Shown here: one piece after another, positions 45,055 through 57,161 of the stretch
How the letters are laid out: every line of letters begins with the position of its first letter
How positions within the stretch are numbered: the stretch's first letter is position 1
Translations under genes and position numbers: made by a program
The notes under the pieces: generated by a model
What the model was told of the DNA's origin: nothing
Databases searched by the model: none
What the model saw: only the letters and a program-made list of their open reading frames with translations
Source: an uncultured Methanomicrobiaceae archaeon
GTDB taxonomy: Archaea; Halobacteriota; Methanomicrobia; Methanomicrobiales; Methanoculleaceae
Assembly (NCBI GenBank): GCA_963826525.1
Contig: CAWGXH010000003.1
Span: forward strand, 603,789 to 667,788
DNA length: 64,000 nt
Direction of reading: 5' to 3'

Positions 45055-46765
45055 ATGATAGACACGAATACGGTGATCCTCTGCACCATCGTCGTCGAGG
45101 TCTTCCTCGCGATACCCCTTGCTGCGTACTGGAAGATGCAGCATACCTATCCCGGTTTCTCCGTGTCGTTCCTCAGCCTCCTGGCCCTTGCCGCCGGGCA
45201 GACGGCCATCCTCTTCTTTGATGGAATCCTGCCGGAGCGGGGCGTCATGATCGTCAACGGCTTCTGCGTCCTGCTCACCATGCTCTTCCTCCTCGACGGG
45301 CTCACCCGGTTCTTCCGTGCAGGCAGGCTCAAACGCGAGATCTACTTCGCCGGCCTCCCCGCCCTCGCCGCCTTTGCCCTGGTTCCCGGGGTGACGGAGC
45401 ACCTGCTCCTGCTCAATCTCCTCTTCTCCGGAGCGTTCGTCCTGATCGTCTCCCGGAGCATCGGCATCCTTCTCGCCGTCCAGGAGCAGCGGCTTCTCTC
45501 CCGCCTGCTGGCGTCCCTCTATGCTCTGCTCATACTCCTGATCCTTCTGCGCCTCGTCTCGGGAATATTCGAGCCGGCCGCCTTCACGCTCGTCAACGAT
45601 ACGCCCCTGCAGAGCATAGGACGCCTCTTCGTCCTCGTGACCACCTTCACCGCGACGTTCCTGTTTCTTCTCCTGCATTTCCAGAGAATGTCGACCGAGC
45701 TCACCGGCGCGAAACGGGCGGCCGAAGACCTCGCCGACCGCTATGCTCTTGCGATCTCGTCGGGAGATGCCGGGATCTGGGATATGGATCTGAAGACCGG
45801 GACGCTTGTCCGCGATGCTTCGCTCGACCGCCTCGTCGGGACAGATATGAAGGTGGATCTGCAGGATATCCGGCATCACCTCGAAGGGAGCGAGGAGTAT
45901 CGCCGGCTGCAGGAGGCGGTCGGGCGATGCGAGCGGGACGGCGGCGATCTGACGAGCGAGTTTTCGATACGGCGCGATGACGGGAGCCGGCAGCACCTGC
46001 GGGCGCACGTCCGGGTGATCCCGGGGAAGGAGCGGGAGGATGCCCGGGTGATCGGGCTTCTCTACGACATTACGCCTCTCCGGAAGGCGGAGGCCGCCCT
46101 GAAGACGGCGCATGAGAAGTTGAACCTGCTCACCGGCATAACCCGGCACGATATCCTCAACCAGGCCATGGTCGTCACCGCGTACGGCGAGATGCTCCTT
46201 GAAGAGCCGCGGGATGCCGAGGAGCAGCGGATGATCGGGGCGATCGTCGAGAGCGGCGATCAGATCACCCGCCTGATCCGGTTCACCGGCCAGTACCAGA
46301 ACCTCGGGCTGCAGGAGCCGGTGTGGCTCGACCCCGTCGAGGTCATGAACGACCGCACCCTGCAGAACCTTCTCGAAAAGAGGGCCCTCCATTTCCCCGA
46401 GCCGGGCACCCTGATCTACGCCGACGGCATGTTCGCAAAAGTGACTCTACAACCTGGTCGACAATTCGTGCAGGCACGGCGGGAGTGTCACCACGATCAC
46501 TCTCTCTTACCGCATCGACGCCGGGAGCCTCGTCATCGTCTACGAGGACGACGGCGTCGGCGTTCCGGACGGCGATAAAGAGGCGATCTTCAGGAGGGGT
46601 GTCGGGAAGAACTCGGGGCTCGGCCTCTTCCTCTCACGCGAGATCCTCGCCATCACGGGGCTGTCGATCCGGGAGACCGGGACAGTCGGAGAAGGTGCAC
46701 GGTTCGAGATCTCCGTGCCGCCGGGGCTCTTCCGGCGACCGGACGGGGGGTGCACGGCGTCGTAA
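45055..46765 (+). CDS. Multi-TM membrane PAS histidine kinase (frameshift ~46444)
   Basis: About 7 TM helices, PAS-PAC, TGITRHDILNQ, YNLVDNSCRHG, EDDGVG, SGLGLFL; stop at 46763. Confidence 0.85.
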
Positions 46766-46934
46766 CCATACGCTGCACATCATGCGGGGAAGTCGTCCTA
46801 CCGGTGGCCTTTCCGATAGTTCCTTTACATTGGCGAAGGCAGGAGCAAGCATCACCAACTGCCGGATTCGGGCAGGGAGACGTGCTCCCAAAAAATTGAA
46901 TGGTGCCGGTACAGGCTCATCCGCATGCGACGAC

Positions 46935-47327
46935 TCATACGAGCGCCGGTACGAAGACTGCCAGCAGCGAAAGATCTTCATGGTGCGCACTCACCGCATG
47001 ACGGACCCCTGGCGGGGTGACAAATGTCTGACCAGGAGCGAGGGGAATCTCCCTGTCTTCGAACAAAAAGACCCCCGTCCCGTCGATGATACGATTCCAT
47101 TCCCACTGGGTTTCATGGTTATGGTCCATGACCTCATGGTTCTTCCACACCCGGACGAGGTGGTAGCTGAACGCACCGTCGGTCTCTTTTCCGGTCACCA
47201 GGTCTTTGAGAAAGACCCCTTTCCACTCAGGATGCGGATACCAGGGGTTTTCCGCACTCATGATCTCAAGATCGGGGAGAAACACGACTCCCTGATCGAA
47301 GATATCCAGGACGTTCTTCTGTTCCAT
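46935..47327 (-). CDS. Cupin domain protein
   Basis: W.PHP...GV..K.L, HNHE..WE, G....PGVRH; 50 nt downstream of adf. Confidence 0.85.
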   Translation of the reverse strand: MEQKNVLDIFDQGVVFLPDLEIMSAENPWYPHPEWKGVFLKDLVTGKETDGAFSYHLVRVWKNHEVMDHNHETQWEWNRIIDGTGVFLFEDREIPLAPGQTFVTPPGVRHAVSAHHEDLSLLAVFVPALV

Positions 47328-47377
47328 AATTGTTCTCCAGTCCCATGGGCAGGTAAAAAGAGTAAGATGGATAAATC

Positions 47378-48370
47378 TTATTCTTTCACTGCGGGGATTA
47401 CGTCCTTGAAGATATCGATGCCCCGGTTCACATCGGGACTCGAATTGCCGAGGCAGAAGTGAGTGATACCCGCGGCTTTGAATCTCTCGATCTCCTTGAT
47501 AAGGTCTTCCGCATCGGTTGCAACCATGTAGTTTTCTTTCATCATGTCATGTCCGACAAGGTTTGCGTGGAGTTCGACCTCCTTTGAGTCGTAGACCTTG
47601 TACTTGAACATGGCAGGAACCAGGCAACCGGCCCAGAAACGCAGTCCCTCAATTGCTTTGTCGTAGTCGGGATCGGCGGAGTACCAGATCAGCATCGCAC
47701 GCTCCATCTTGGCGGGGTCTTTTCCCGAGTCAGCCGCACCCTTTACGAAGTTCGGGATGGTAACGTTCTTCAGCACAGACGGGTCCGCAGCCACCGTCAT
47801 GAGGTGGTCGCCGTATTTCCCTGCCAGCCGTGCTCCCTTCGGACCCATTCCGCTGAAGTAGAGAGGAACCTCATCTTCGGGTTTGGTGTACATGAACGCC
47901 TTATCGAGGGTGAAGTACTTCCCTTTGAAGGTGACGGGCTCCTGGCTTCCCCAGAGCTGACGCATCACTCCGATGGCTTCCACCGTCATGTCCTGGCGCT
48001 CGGGTACGCTCGGCCACTCGCCCGTTACCGGCACTTCGTTCATGGCCTCGCCGGCGCCGACGGCAACACCTACTCTTCCCGGATACATCTGCCGGAGGGT
48101 TGCGAATGTCTGCGCGACGATCGCCGGGTTGTATCGCAGGATCGGGCAGGTGATACAGGTGGAGATGAAGACCTTCTTCGTTGCTTCGAGTGCTGCTCCC
48201 ATCCATGCCCAGGCCTGTGCGGACTGCGCGTTGGTGTGGTACCACGGGTGAAAATGGTCGTCAGCCCAGACCGAGTCAAAACCGACATTTTCTGCCCGAA
48301 TGGTCTGTTCCAGTGCTTCTCTGGGCTTGTACTGCTCCAGAGACGCGAAATATCCTACTTTCGTCTCCAT
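47378..48370 (-). CDS. adf: F420-dependent secondary alcohol dehydrogenase
   Basis: Closely matches my recollection of Methanoculleus Adf: GYFASLEQY, DDHFHPWYH.NAQSAQAWAW, TCITCP, GAGEAMNEVPVTGEWP, FWAGCLVP, CLGNSSPD. Confidence 0.93.
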   Translation of the reverse strand: METKVGYFASLEQYKPREALEQTIRAENVGFDSVWADDHFHPWYHTNAQSAQAWAWMGAALEATKKVFISTCITCPILRYNPAIVAQTFATLRQMYPGRVGVAVGAGEAMNEVPVTGEWPSVPERQDMTVEAIGVMRQLWGSQEPVTFKGKYFTLDKAFMYTKPEDEVPLYFSGMGPKGARLAGKYGDHLMTVAADPSVLKNVTIPNFVKGAADSGKDPAKMERAMLIWYSADPDYDKAIEGLRFWAGCLVPAMFKYKVYDSKEVELHANLVGHDMMKENYMVATDAEDLIKEIERFKAAGITHFCLGNSSPDVNRGIDIFKDVIPAVKE

Positions 48371-48640
48371 GTTTACTACCTCGTGCCGGAAAAGAGGGAC
48401 ACGCACGGGTAAATGACAGATCTCGCGATCAAAATATTGAACTATTGTTCCGGTTATACATTGATCGGTGTGTTCGGCTGGAGTCCACATATCCGAGGCG
48501 ATACTCGTCGAAAGTTGTTGACCTCAATGTACGTTATTGTGGATCCCGGCTGCCTCGCCCATGCTGTTTCGCTCGTTTCCGGTATTGTGGACTTTCATCC
48601 ACGTACTGAAATTTCACGATGGCACAGATAAACCTGTTTT

Positions 48641-48774
48641 TTATTGCTCGCCATTACGTGAAGACCGCCACGGTCAATGATTCTGGGAATACTCCCGGTT
48701 TCTCCTATGCGTGGAAAAATACTCCAGGATCCCCTCCCTGCGAAAAGATCTGCGACCAGTTATTGCTCGCCATT
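48641..48774. repeat. 15-bp direct repeat TTATTGCTCGCCATT upstream of adf
   Basis: Exact copies at 48641-48655 and 48760-48774; TATTGTGGA also at 48535 and 48583. Confidence 0.75.
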
Positions 48775-48856
48775 GAATCCCGCACGCACAGATAGTAACG
48801 GTGGCGAAGAGGGATGAGCGCGAAAAAAGAGGGGATCCCGCCGGAAGGTGTGCGAG

Positions 48857-51012
48857 CTACGCGCCGGCCTCTGTTCCGGGGCTTGTATCCTCTATCACCG
48901 CTTCGGTGACGTCGATCATGAACGAGGCGATCTCCCCGGAAGGAAGTTTGAAGACATAATGGGAGATCCAGGGAAAGTCCTCGCGGTTCCGGTACTTGAG
49001 CGGCGTAACGAACTCCGGCTTTTCGGTGGTCAGAACGCGATACAGGAGATCGTGCACGTACGGGTTCGGGAGATCGGGGAATTCCTCGAAGAGTTTCTTT
49101 CCGACGAGATCTTCTTTGTTCGTCCGCAGGAGGGCTGCCGTTACCCTGTTGACGTCTTTGATGATGTACTCCTCTCCCTGCCCGACCGGCTCATAGATCA
49201 ATACGCCGTTGCAGGTGTTCTCAAAGAACGAGTGATACCGGACCTCCTTCAATTCGGTCCTGCGAAGCGCCTCCTCCGCTCTCTTCCGGTCGGTGATATC
49301 GAGGATGATCCCATTCCAGACCGTCTCGTTCTTCAGCCGGACTGGCTGTGAGATACCCGGATGAACATCTCCTCTCCGGTCGGCTTGATAAATTTCCCCT
49401 CGAACTCCCAGGGTGAAACTCTCCGTATCACGTCCTCTATCGATTTGACCCAGCGTTCCCGGTCTTCCGGAGCGATACAGGAACCGTAGCGCTGGATCCA
49501 GGTGTCCAGGGGGTCGGGGGGGAGACCATAGACTTCAGTGGAACGGTCGTCGACATAATACATACCCCATGCGCCGGAGTCGCGGGCATAGAACTGGTAG
49601 ACGATCCCCGGAAGGTTGCTGGTGATACCCCGGAGCCGCTCTTCGCTCATGCGCAGTGCCTCTTCCGCTTTCTTCCGGTCGGTAATATCCAGGAATATCC
49701 CGTTCCAGACCGTCTCGTTTTTCAGACGCACCGGCTGGGATACTCCCCGGATGTGCATCTCCTCCCCGGTGGGTTTCAGGAATCGTCCTTCGAATTCCCA
49801 GGGTGCAACCCTCCGTATCACATCGTTGATCGATTCGAACCAGCGTTCCTGGTCCTCCGGAGCGATGCATGCGCCGTACCTCGCAAACCAGGTCTCCAGC
49901 GGCTCGGTCGTTACCCCATAGATCTCCTGCGAGCGTTCATTGACGTAATAGACTCCCCATTCGCCGGTATCGCGGGCATAGAACTGGTAAATGATCCCCG
50001 GAAGGTTACTCATTATCCCCTGGTATCGCTCTTTCAGCTGTTTCTCGGCAATCTTCTTTGCCGTGATATCGAGGAAGAGAATAAAAAATTCACGGGGCGC
50101 TTTTCCCCCTTTGTCGGTGACCGGTGCAAACACAATCTGGAAATACGCTACGCCGGATTTTTTGGTCGACGTAAGGGTCTCTGCTTTCAGCCGGTCGAAG
50201 TTGCATGACAGCGTCAATTCAGCGATCTTCCCTTTTCTGATCAGGCCCAGGACAATCTCCCGGGAACACATGACGTCATAGAGCTTGAAATCTGCAAGGT
50301 CGGTGAACCTCGCGAGCCCGAGGATCTCGAGCGAAGCCCGGTTTGCATTCAGGATGGTTCCGTCTTCCTGGAAGAGGAAGATGCCGCTCGGGACTTCCTC
50401 GAATAGGGTGCGAATCTTGCGTTCGCTGTTTTTCAACGCCTCTTCGGTTTTCTTCCACATGGTGATGTCGCGGAGACTTATCATGATTCCCGGTTTTCCG
50501 GTAAATGAGAGGGAAGATATAACCGTGGAGATGAATTCCGTGAGAAATATCCGTTCTGTCCCACGCTCGATCAGCAGCATCTCGTTGATGAAGGTCTGGG
50601 AACTCAGGATCCGGTCAATATTTTCCCAGATCGTGGGGTTATCAAAGAGCGACAGATGTATCCGGGACAGTTCGCTGCCGATGATGTTCCTTCCGGAATG
50701 GATGTTGAAAGTATCGATGAAACTTTTATTCACCATGAGGATATGCATGTCCGCGTCGAGGATGACGATCGCATCGGAAAGATAGTCGAAGAGATCATCG
50801 AACGGGACATTTTGCGCCGAGGAATATAATTTGGCCTTGCCGAAGGGTTTCATGATTACATGGCCGTGAGACTGGAGTACCTCGAGATATTTGGCCACGG
50901 AACCGCGGTTCATTTTCAGGTCGCGCGAGATTGTGGAGATTGAAACCGCCTCGGGATACCGGTCCTGAAGAAATTCCCGGATCCGGGTATACTGGCCTTC
51001 CCTTCCACTCAT
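48857..51012 (-). CDS. One-component regulator: N-terminal winged HTH plus about 5 PAS domains (frameshift ~49350)
   Basis: SISTISRDLKMNRGSVAKYLEVL...G.AKLY wHTH; tandem near-identical PAS repeats; no kinase domain. Confidence 0.82.
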
Positions 51013-51115
51013 AGGTAAGTACTATGCAGTACCGACCGTTAAAGGAAATGGTGCTGCATGCACTACGATGTTCTACCAGCACTTTTACCGCATTCTTCCT
51101 TCCCGAAGGGATACC

Positions 51116-51635
51116 TTACCGGGCGGCGGGAGCGGGCTTTCGCAGCACCGCGGAGACCCTGCCGATGAGCAGGTAGAGGACCGACGCCGACGGCGATATC
51201 GCCGAGCAGGAGGCAGAGGTAGAGCAGGGCATTTGAGAGCGGCGTATGCCAGTAGATGAACGGGATCATGGACAGTCCGGAGGCGATGAGGGCGAACGGG
51301 AGCAGGATGCCCGTCGCCGCCACGAGCACGTAGCAGACCAGAACGTGGGAGAGGCGGAGGCTCTTTCTGGCGCTGTCGAAGATCAGAAACGGGGGGACCA
51401 GGACGGCCATCGGCGTGCCGATGAGCAGCGCCCCGATGAGCAGCCATGATACATCGGTCTCTGCAAAGAGGAGAAAGTTCAGCGCCATGCCTGCGGCAAG
51501 AACTGCCGCCCGCAGCAGCCGGTCATCCAGGTGACGGAGAACGGCAGAGGCCGCTACGGCAACGCCGCCGCCGGCCAGGAAAATGACCAGGCTGATGAAG
51601 ATGATGATATAGATGAAGCCCTCGACGACGTCCAT
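51116..51635 (-). CDS. Hypothetical multi-TM membrane protein (probable frameshift ~51180)
   Basis: Five hydrophobic helices; reconstructed stop at 51116. Confidence 0.6.
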
Positions 51636-52016
51636 GGCAGCCTTCCTGTGTGTACAAGAACGAACCGGGGTGGTTTAATGGTGTCGGGGAGAGACCCGAG
51701 GGCATGCGGAGGGGGCGCCCTCTCCCCGGTTGAAAATACACCCGAAGATCGCATATTTTTCGGTTTTTTCGACATTTCTGCAGGGCGAAACCGGGGCATC
51801 CGGGAAAAGCGACTATTTCGCTCAGATCTGTAAAATACGGAAAATTCATCGATGTATAACGGCAATATGAGCGCAGGTAATTTTGGGAGGATGGATTCGC
51901 TATGCCCCGCCCCGAGATCGGCCATATGAGGGCTTCTGTGAGGGTCGAAATTCCGGCAGATCGGGGCGGAAATTCTGCTATTTAAGCATTGCCTGTGTTT
52001 CGGGTGCCGGGCATAC

Positions 52017-52494
52017 CTATGCCGCCCGCCCGAGTTCTTCTGCAATGCCGATCATCTCACGTATCCGATCATCGGTCGCATAGCCACTGCCTGCCCACCG
52101 GATGATCCCCTGACGGTCAAGGAGGTAGACATACCCGAGCGAGCGGTCGCCGATCTCCAGCGCCTGCCTAAGGTCGGTCGAATCGCCATAGTAGGTCACC
52201 ACATAGGGGTGCTTCTCGCGGGGGATCCCGGTTCTCATGCCCGCATCGATGGAGACCGAGATCAGCCGCGGCCAGAACGCGTCGATGATGGGCAGCTCAT
52301 AGACGACATAGCCTTCATTGCCGCCGAATTTCCGTACAAACGGCTCACTCCAGGAGTCCAGCATCCCCTGCGCATGCCGTTCGAACGCGACGGAGATAAG
52401 CGCAATGCGGCCGGAGCTGCATCGGGGATCGCTACATCGGATCCTGCAAGTGAGCGCCCCGGAATTCTGGAAATATGCTTCCGATAACATTCAT
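52017..52494 (-). CDS. ATP10-like / thioredoxin-fold protein (two N-terminal frameshifts)
   Basis: G..FP....L.G..V..P, AQ.MLDSW..PF, ID.GMR.GIP, YVYLLD..G.IRW..SG.AT. Confidence 0.7.
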
Positions 52495-52752
52495 AGTCCT
52501 GCCCCCGGTCCGAAAATATCCGCTGTTCTGTGAAAATAGCATGCATCCCTGATGATAGTTTCTCTTCTCCGTTCCGGCCGAGACCGGAAAGAGCGGATCC
52601 TTTTCAAAAGCATTTTCCCGCTGGAGAAGGAATATTATCGATAAAGGAGACGTTATACCGGTTAAAATGAAATGGCAGCATCCGAACGTTCCCGGACAGT
52701 CACAGAGCGCCGATTCGGGCGACACCGCTATTCGTCTTACGCCAGGAATACT

Positions 52753-54461
52753 ATGCCGACAAAGCCGCCCGACCTGATCTATGGCGTGGACGAGACACCG
52801 CCGACCGTCCCCCTTCTCCTCCTCGGGCTCCAGCATATCTTCATCGTTATGAGCGCACTCGTCTTTCCGGTCGTCATTATCAGGGCGGTCGGGGGCAGTG
52901 CCGAAGACGCGACGTTTATCGTCACCATGTCGATGCTGGCAGGCTGTATCGGAACGGTGCTGCAGACGATGAACAGAAACGGGATGGGTCCGGGTACCTC
53001 TGTCCTGCGGTCTGCGGCCCGTCGTATATCGCTGCATCGCTCCTCGCGGTGCAGACCGGCGGCCTCTCCCTGCTCTACGGCATGACGGCCGCCGCCGGCG
53101 TTGCCGAAGCCCTCTTCTCACGGTTCCTCAGTCGTCTCCGGTTTCTCTTCCCCGCCGAGGTCACCGGCGTGGTCGTCACGATGGTCGGGATCGCGGTCAT
53201 TCCGATAGCCGTCCAGAACCTCATCGGCACCGGTACCGGCGATCCCGTCACCGAGCCGGCAGAACTCCTCGTCGCCGGGATCACCCTCGGCACCATGATA
53301 GCGGCCAGTGTCTGGAGCAAAGGAGGGCTCCGGCTCTATTCCGTCCTCGTCGGGATGGTGGCCGGGTATATCGCTGCGGGGATGACGGGTGTTCTCGGGG
53401 CCGACGCGATTGCCCAGTTCGTCGATGCGCCGCTCTTCGCATTCCCGGCGATCCATCACCCCGGATGGTCGTTCGATGCGGCGCTCCTCCTCCCGTTCAT
53501 CATCGTCGTGCTCTCCTCCACCTTCAAGACCATCGGCGACCTGACCACCTGCCAGAAGATCAACGATGCCGAATGGAAGCGGCCCGATATGCAGAACATC
53601 AGCGGCGGCATCCTTGCCGACGGCCTCTCCGCCGTCGTCGCGGGAGTACTCGGCGGCATGGGGCAGGCGACTTCTTCGAGCAACGTCGGCCTCTCCATCG
53701 GAACGGGAGCAGCAAGCAGGGCGATTGCGTACGTCGTTGCAGCGATACTGCTCGTCCTCGTCTTCGTCCCGAAACTGGCCGCGGCATTCGTCATCATGCC
53801 TTCGCCGGTAATGGGGTCGGTAGTTATCTTCGCCGTCACCTTCATCATCGTCACGGGGCTCCGCATCATCACGTCCAGGATGCTGGATGCCCGCAAGACC
53901 TTCGTCGTCGGGCTCTCGTTCATCTTCGGTCTCGCGGTGGGGATGATCCCGGGCTTTGCCGACGGAATGCATCCGCTCGTCCAGCCCGTCTTTGCCTCAT
54001 CACTCTCCGTAGCGACCGTGACGGCACTCGTCGTCAACCTCGTCTTCCGGATCGGGATCGCAGAGCGGCAGTCGCTGGTGCTCGAACCCGGGACCGGGTT
54101 TCCGGGCGCGATATTCTCGTTCTTCGAGCGGGTCGGCGGCGCCTGGGGTGCCCGGCCCGAGGTGATCCACCGGGCAGAATCTGCGGTGAACGAACTGATG
54201 GAGCTGATCACCATAACCGGTGCTGCAGACGGCCCGGTGCAGGTGGATGTGAAGTTCACCGAAGAGGCGCTCGATATCGATGCCCGGTACCGGGGGAGAT
54301 CGCTCGACCTCGAACCCGGCCGACTGCCGGGCGACGGCCCGCTTGCCGATGACGGGGACTTTGCCTACCTCCCCGTCCTTCTGATACGGCAGTATGCCGA
54401 TGCCGTGCGCACGGACGAGCGGGAAGGCGAATGCCAGGTCAGGCTGCACTTCGAGCATTGA
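52753..54461 (+). CDS. NCS2/NAT nucleobase permease-like transporter with C-terminal RsbW/HATPase-like extension (frameshift ~52995)
   Basis: YGVDE.PP, LGLQH, FP.EVTG.VV, GGILADG, SNVG...TG..SR, P.PV.G; about 120-aa soluble tail. Confidence 0.82.
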
Positions 54462-54541
54462 GCGGAGAGGCTCTTTTACCGCTCATGCCTTCCCGGGATC
54501 CGCTGTGGGTTTCAACTGCGCTCCGGTGCCGCAGATTATGG

Positions 54542-56320
54542 TTATCGCGCCTTCTGCAGCGTGAACCGGAATGCCGCCCCTTCCTCCGGTTTTCCGGGCA
54601 CCCGGTCCTCCACCCAGACCCTGCCGCCATAGCGCTCCACGAGCATCCGCACGATGTAGAGGCCGAGACCCTTGCCGCTTCTCTTACTCTTCCCCTTCCT
54701 GAACCGGGAGAAGAGCGTGGGTTTTATTGCATCGGGTATGCCCGGGCCCGTGTCCTCGACCGAGACCAGCACCTCGCCGTCCTGCTCAAGGGCCCGGATT
54801 GTTATCACGACATCGGGCTCGCCGAACTTGATGCTGTTGCCGACGAGGTTGATGAATATCGCGGGGAGGAGGTCGTCGCCTCTGACAAAGGCCGGCCGGC
54901 CGCTATACCGGATGCTGGTCTCAGGATGCTGCTGTATTTCCGCCCGGATCGCCGCGTCGAGGTCGACAGGTTTCAGGGCGGGGTTCGGTGAGCGGAGACG
55001 CCGGATCGTGGAGACGTTCCGGATGATCTGGATGCTCCGGCTGACGGCCGATCGGATCTTCTGCGCCATCGCCCGGTTTTTCCCTTCCAACTCTTCATCG
55101 AGGAGATCGCTGTACCCGAGTGCTACCGAATTGGTGTTGTTGATGTCGTGCACCATGATGTCGAGGTACAGGTTTGCCTCCTCGTTCGCCGCCAGAATGG
55201 CTTCTTCCGCCTGCTTGCGCCCGGTGATGTCGGTGAACGTGACCACCGCCATGAGCGGATTGCCGTCCGCGTCGCGGACGAGGTTGCCGCCGAAGTTGAA
55301 TATGCGCTGCCAGTCGGTCCCGATGCGCCGGTTCCGCACTTCCATATCCCGAAGGTGCTCCCCGTGCAGGATGCGGGACAGAGGCCATTTTTCCATCGGA
55401 AGGACGGTGCCGTCTATGGTCGAAATCTCGAAGAGCGCGCCGAATTCGCTCTGATTGCTCATTATTTCCCCAAGGCCGGGCAGTTCGTACATCTCCTGGG
55501 CGGCACGGTTCCAGTGCAGCAGGTTGCCGTCGAGGTCGGCGACGACCAATCCTTCGTTCAGGTTCTCGACGATCGTGCGGAGACTGGGCCTCGCTGTTCC
55601 GGAGCGCCCCCTCCGCCCGGATCCGGTCGGTGATGTCCTTCCCCGACCCGATGATCCCGGTGGTGCGGCCGCCGGCATCCTTCAGAATGGCCCCCCTCCA
55701 GATGAGCGTGCGTTCATCCCCGCCCTTCGTCACGATGACATACTCATCGCTCCCATACGACGAGGCTATCCCGGATAACCGGTGCGTGAATGCCTGCCGG
55801 GTGTCCTCCCGGATCCGCTCCGGGATGGCTACGTCGAACCAGTTCTTCCCGACGAGTTCGTCCTCCCGGTACCCAGGAGTTCACAGCCACGGCGGTTGAT
55901 GAGGCCGATGGTCTGATCCGCGTTGATGACGACGAGCAGGACGGCAGCCACGTCCAGGTAGCCCTGGGCCCGGTCACGCTCTTTCTCAGTATCTTTCTGC
56001 TGGCTCTTCAGTCGCTCGGAGAGCGAGGCGATGACGAATGCGACCACGACGAACATCACCGCACGTCCGTAGTCGTTGAAGGTCACCACTTCGGTCCTGA
56101 AGAGGAGGTGACTCGCGAGAACGAGCCCGCCCAGAAAGAACGCCACGATGACGCCCTTTCTCCCCCACCAGAGCGCGGCGAGGATGATGGGTATGTAGAA
56201 GAAGTGGGAGAAGACGGTCCCTACCTGCAGGACTAGGTGAAAATAGTACGTCAGAAAGACCGATATCCCGAGCAGGACGCCGATGATGAGTATCCGGGTG
56301 GTTTCGGTCAGTGGTGCCAT
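54542..56320 (-). CDS. Membrane PAS-PAS histidine kinase (frameshifts ~55870 and ~55590)
   Basis: N-terminal TM block (SHFFYIPIILAALWW), PAS domains, LDIMVHDINN, NLVGNSIKF, EDTGPG, GKGLGL. Confidence 0.85.
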
Positions 56321-57161
56321 AGCAGGACTCTCCCTCCGTACGTCCTAGATATATTGTTTCCGATTTATAATACTGATTAGAATAGATTGTGAGTCGGTGT
56401 TCCCGACATTCTGTTCCTGTTTGCGGATGCAGATCGCCGCACCTTCGATAGAATCTCCCATTTTCGAGCAGGGATTCTCCTGCATGCTGCCTCTGCAGGC
56501 GCAGATAGGAAAACAACAGTACAATGCCGGTTTTCTCCTGAATTGGGCGAAAAATCCACTCTCTCCGCACGTCTGCGGAAGCGCTCTGTATCGGTCATCG
56601 GGCAACACACTATCACGAGCGGACGTTTCGTCTGCACGATCCGCGGAACGCGATGCAACGTGGTACTTGCTCGACGTGTTCATAACAGCCGACTATCGGC
56701 GGAAGGAAGTAACTGTGCAGAGCGATGCAAACCCGGGTGTGTTCCGTGAGACAGACGCACCGCCGTTACCGGCCACCGGCAGACGCTACGATGAACGGCG
56801 ATACGGGTAGGTAGGAGGAGGATGCGAATCGGCTATGACCGGAGTCACGTAAGGCGGCACGACCTTTAAGGGCAATGAGGGTCTTGAGAGAAATCTTTGG
56901 GGTCTCCGGGGGCGGTCGTGGTGGGCGAACGGACGTTCGAAAGGGGGGGGCGCGGGAGTCAGAAACCAGCCGTCAGCGTAGAATGGATCGGTTCCTGCAG
57001 ATAAAATGCAAGATCTCTTCAACCTTCATCCTGAGCTCTTTGGTTTCGGCTTCGGAATAGTCCGGCATGATGATCCTGAATTTCTGTCCCTATGAATGAG
57101 CATTTCTGCGATTTCCCGTTGAACAGGAGATGCAGGAGCATTCGTATCACAACCTTTATGG

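Noticed and set aside
44944-46392. 482-aa minus-strand ORF, and similar long shadow ORFs (10954-11970, 41923-43062, 53456-54259)
   Set aside because: Each lies antisense to a clearly identifiable gene
56330-57150. ~800-bp gap between divergent kinase and marR as a hidden gene or ncRNA
   Set aside because: Only AT-rich promoter-like stretches and non-credible ORFs; no structure I can support
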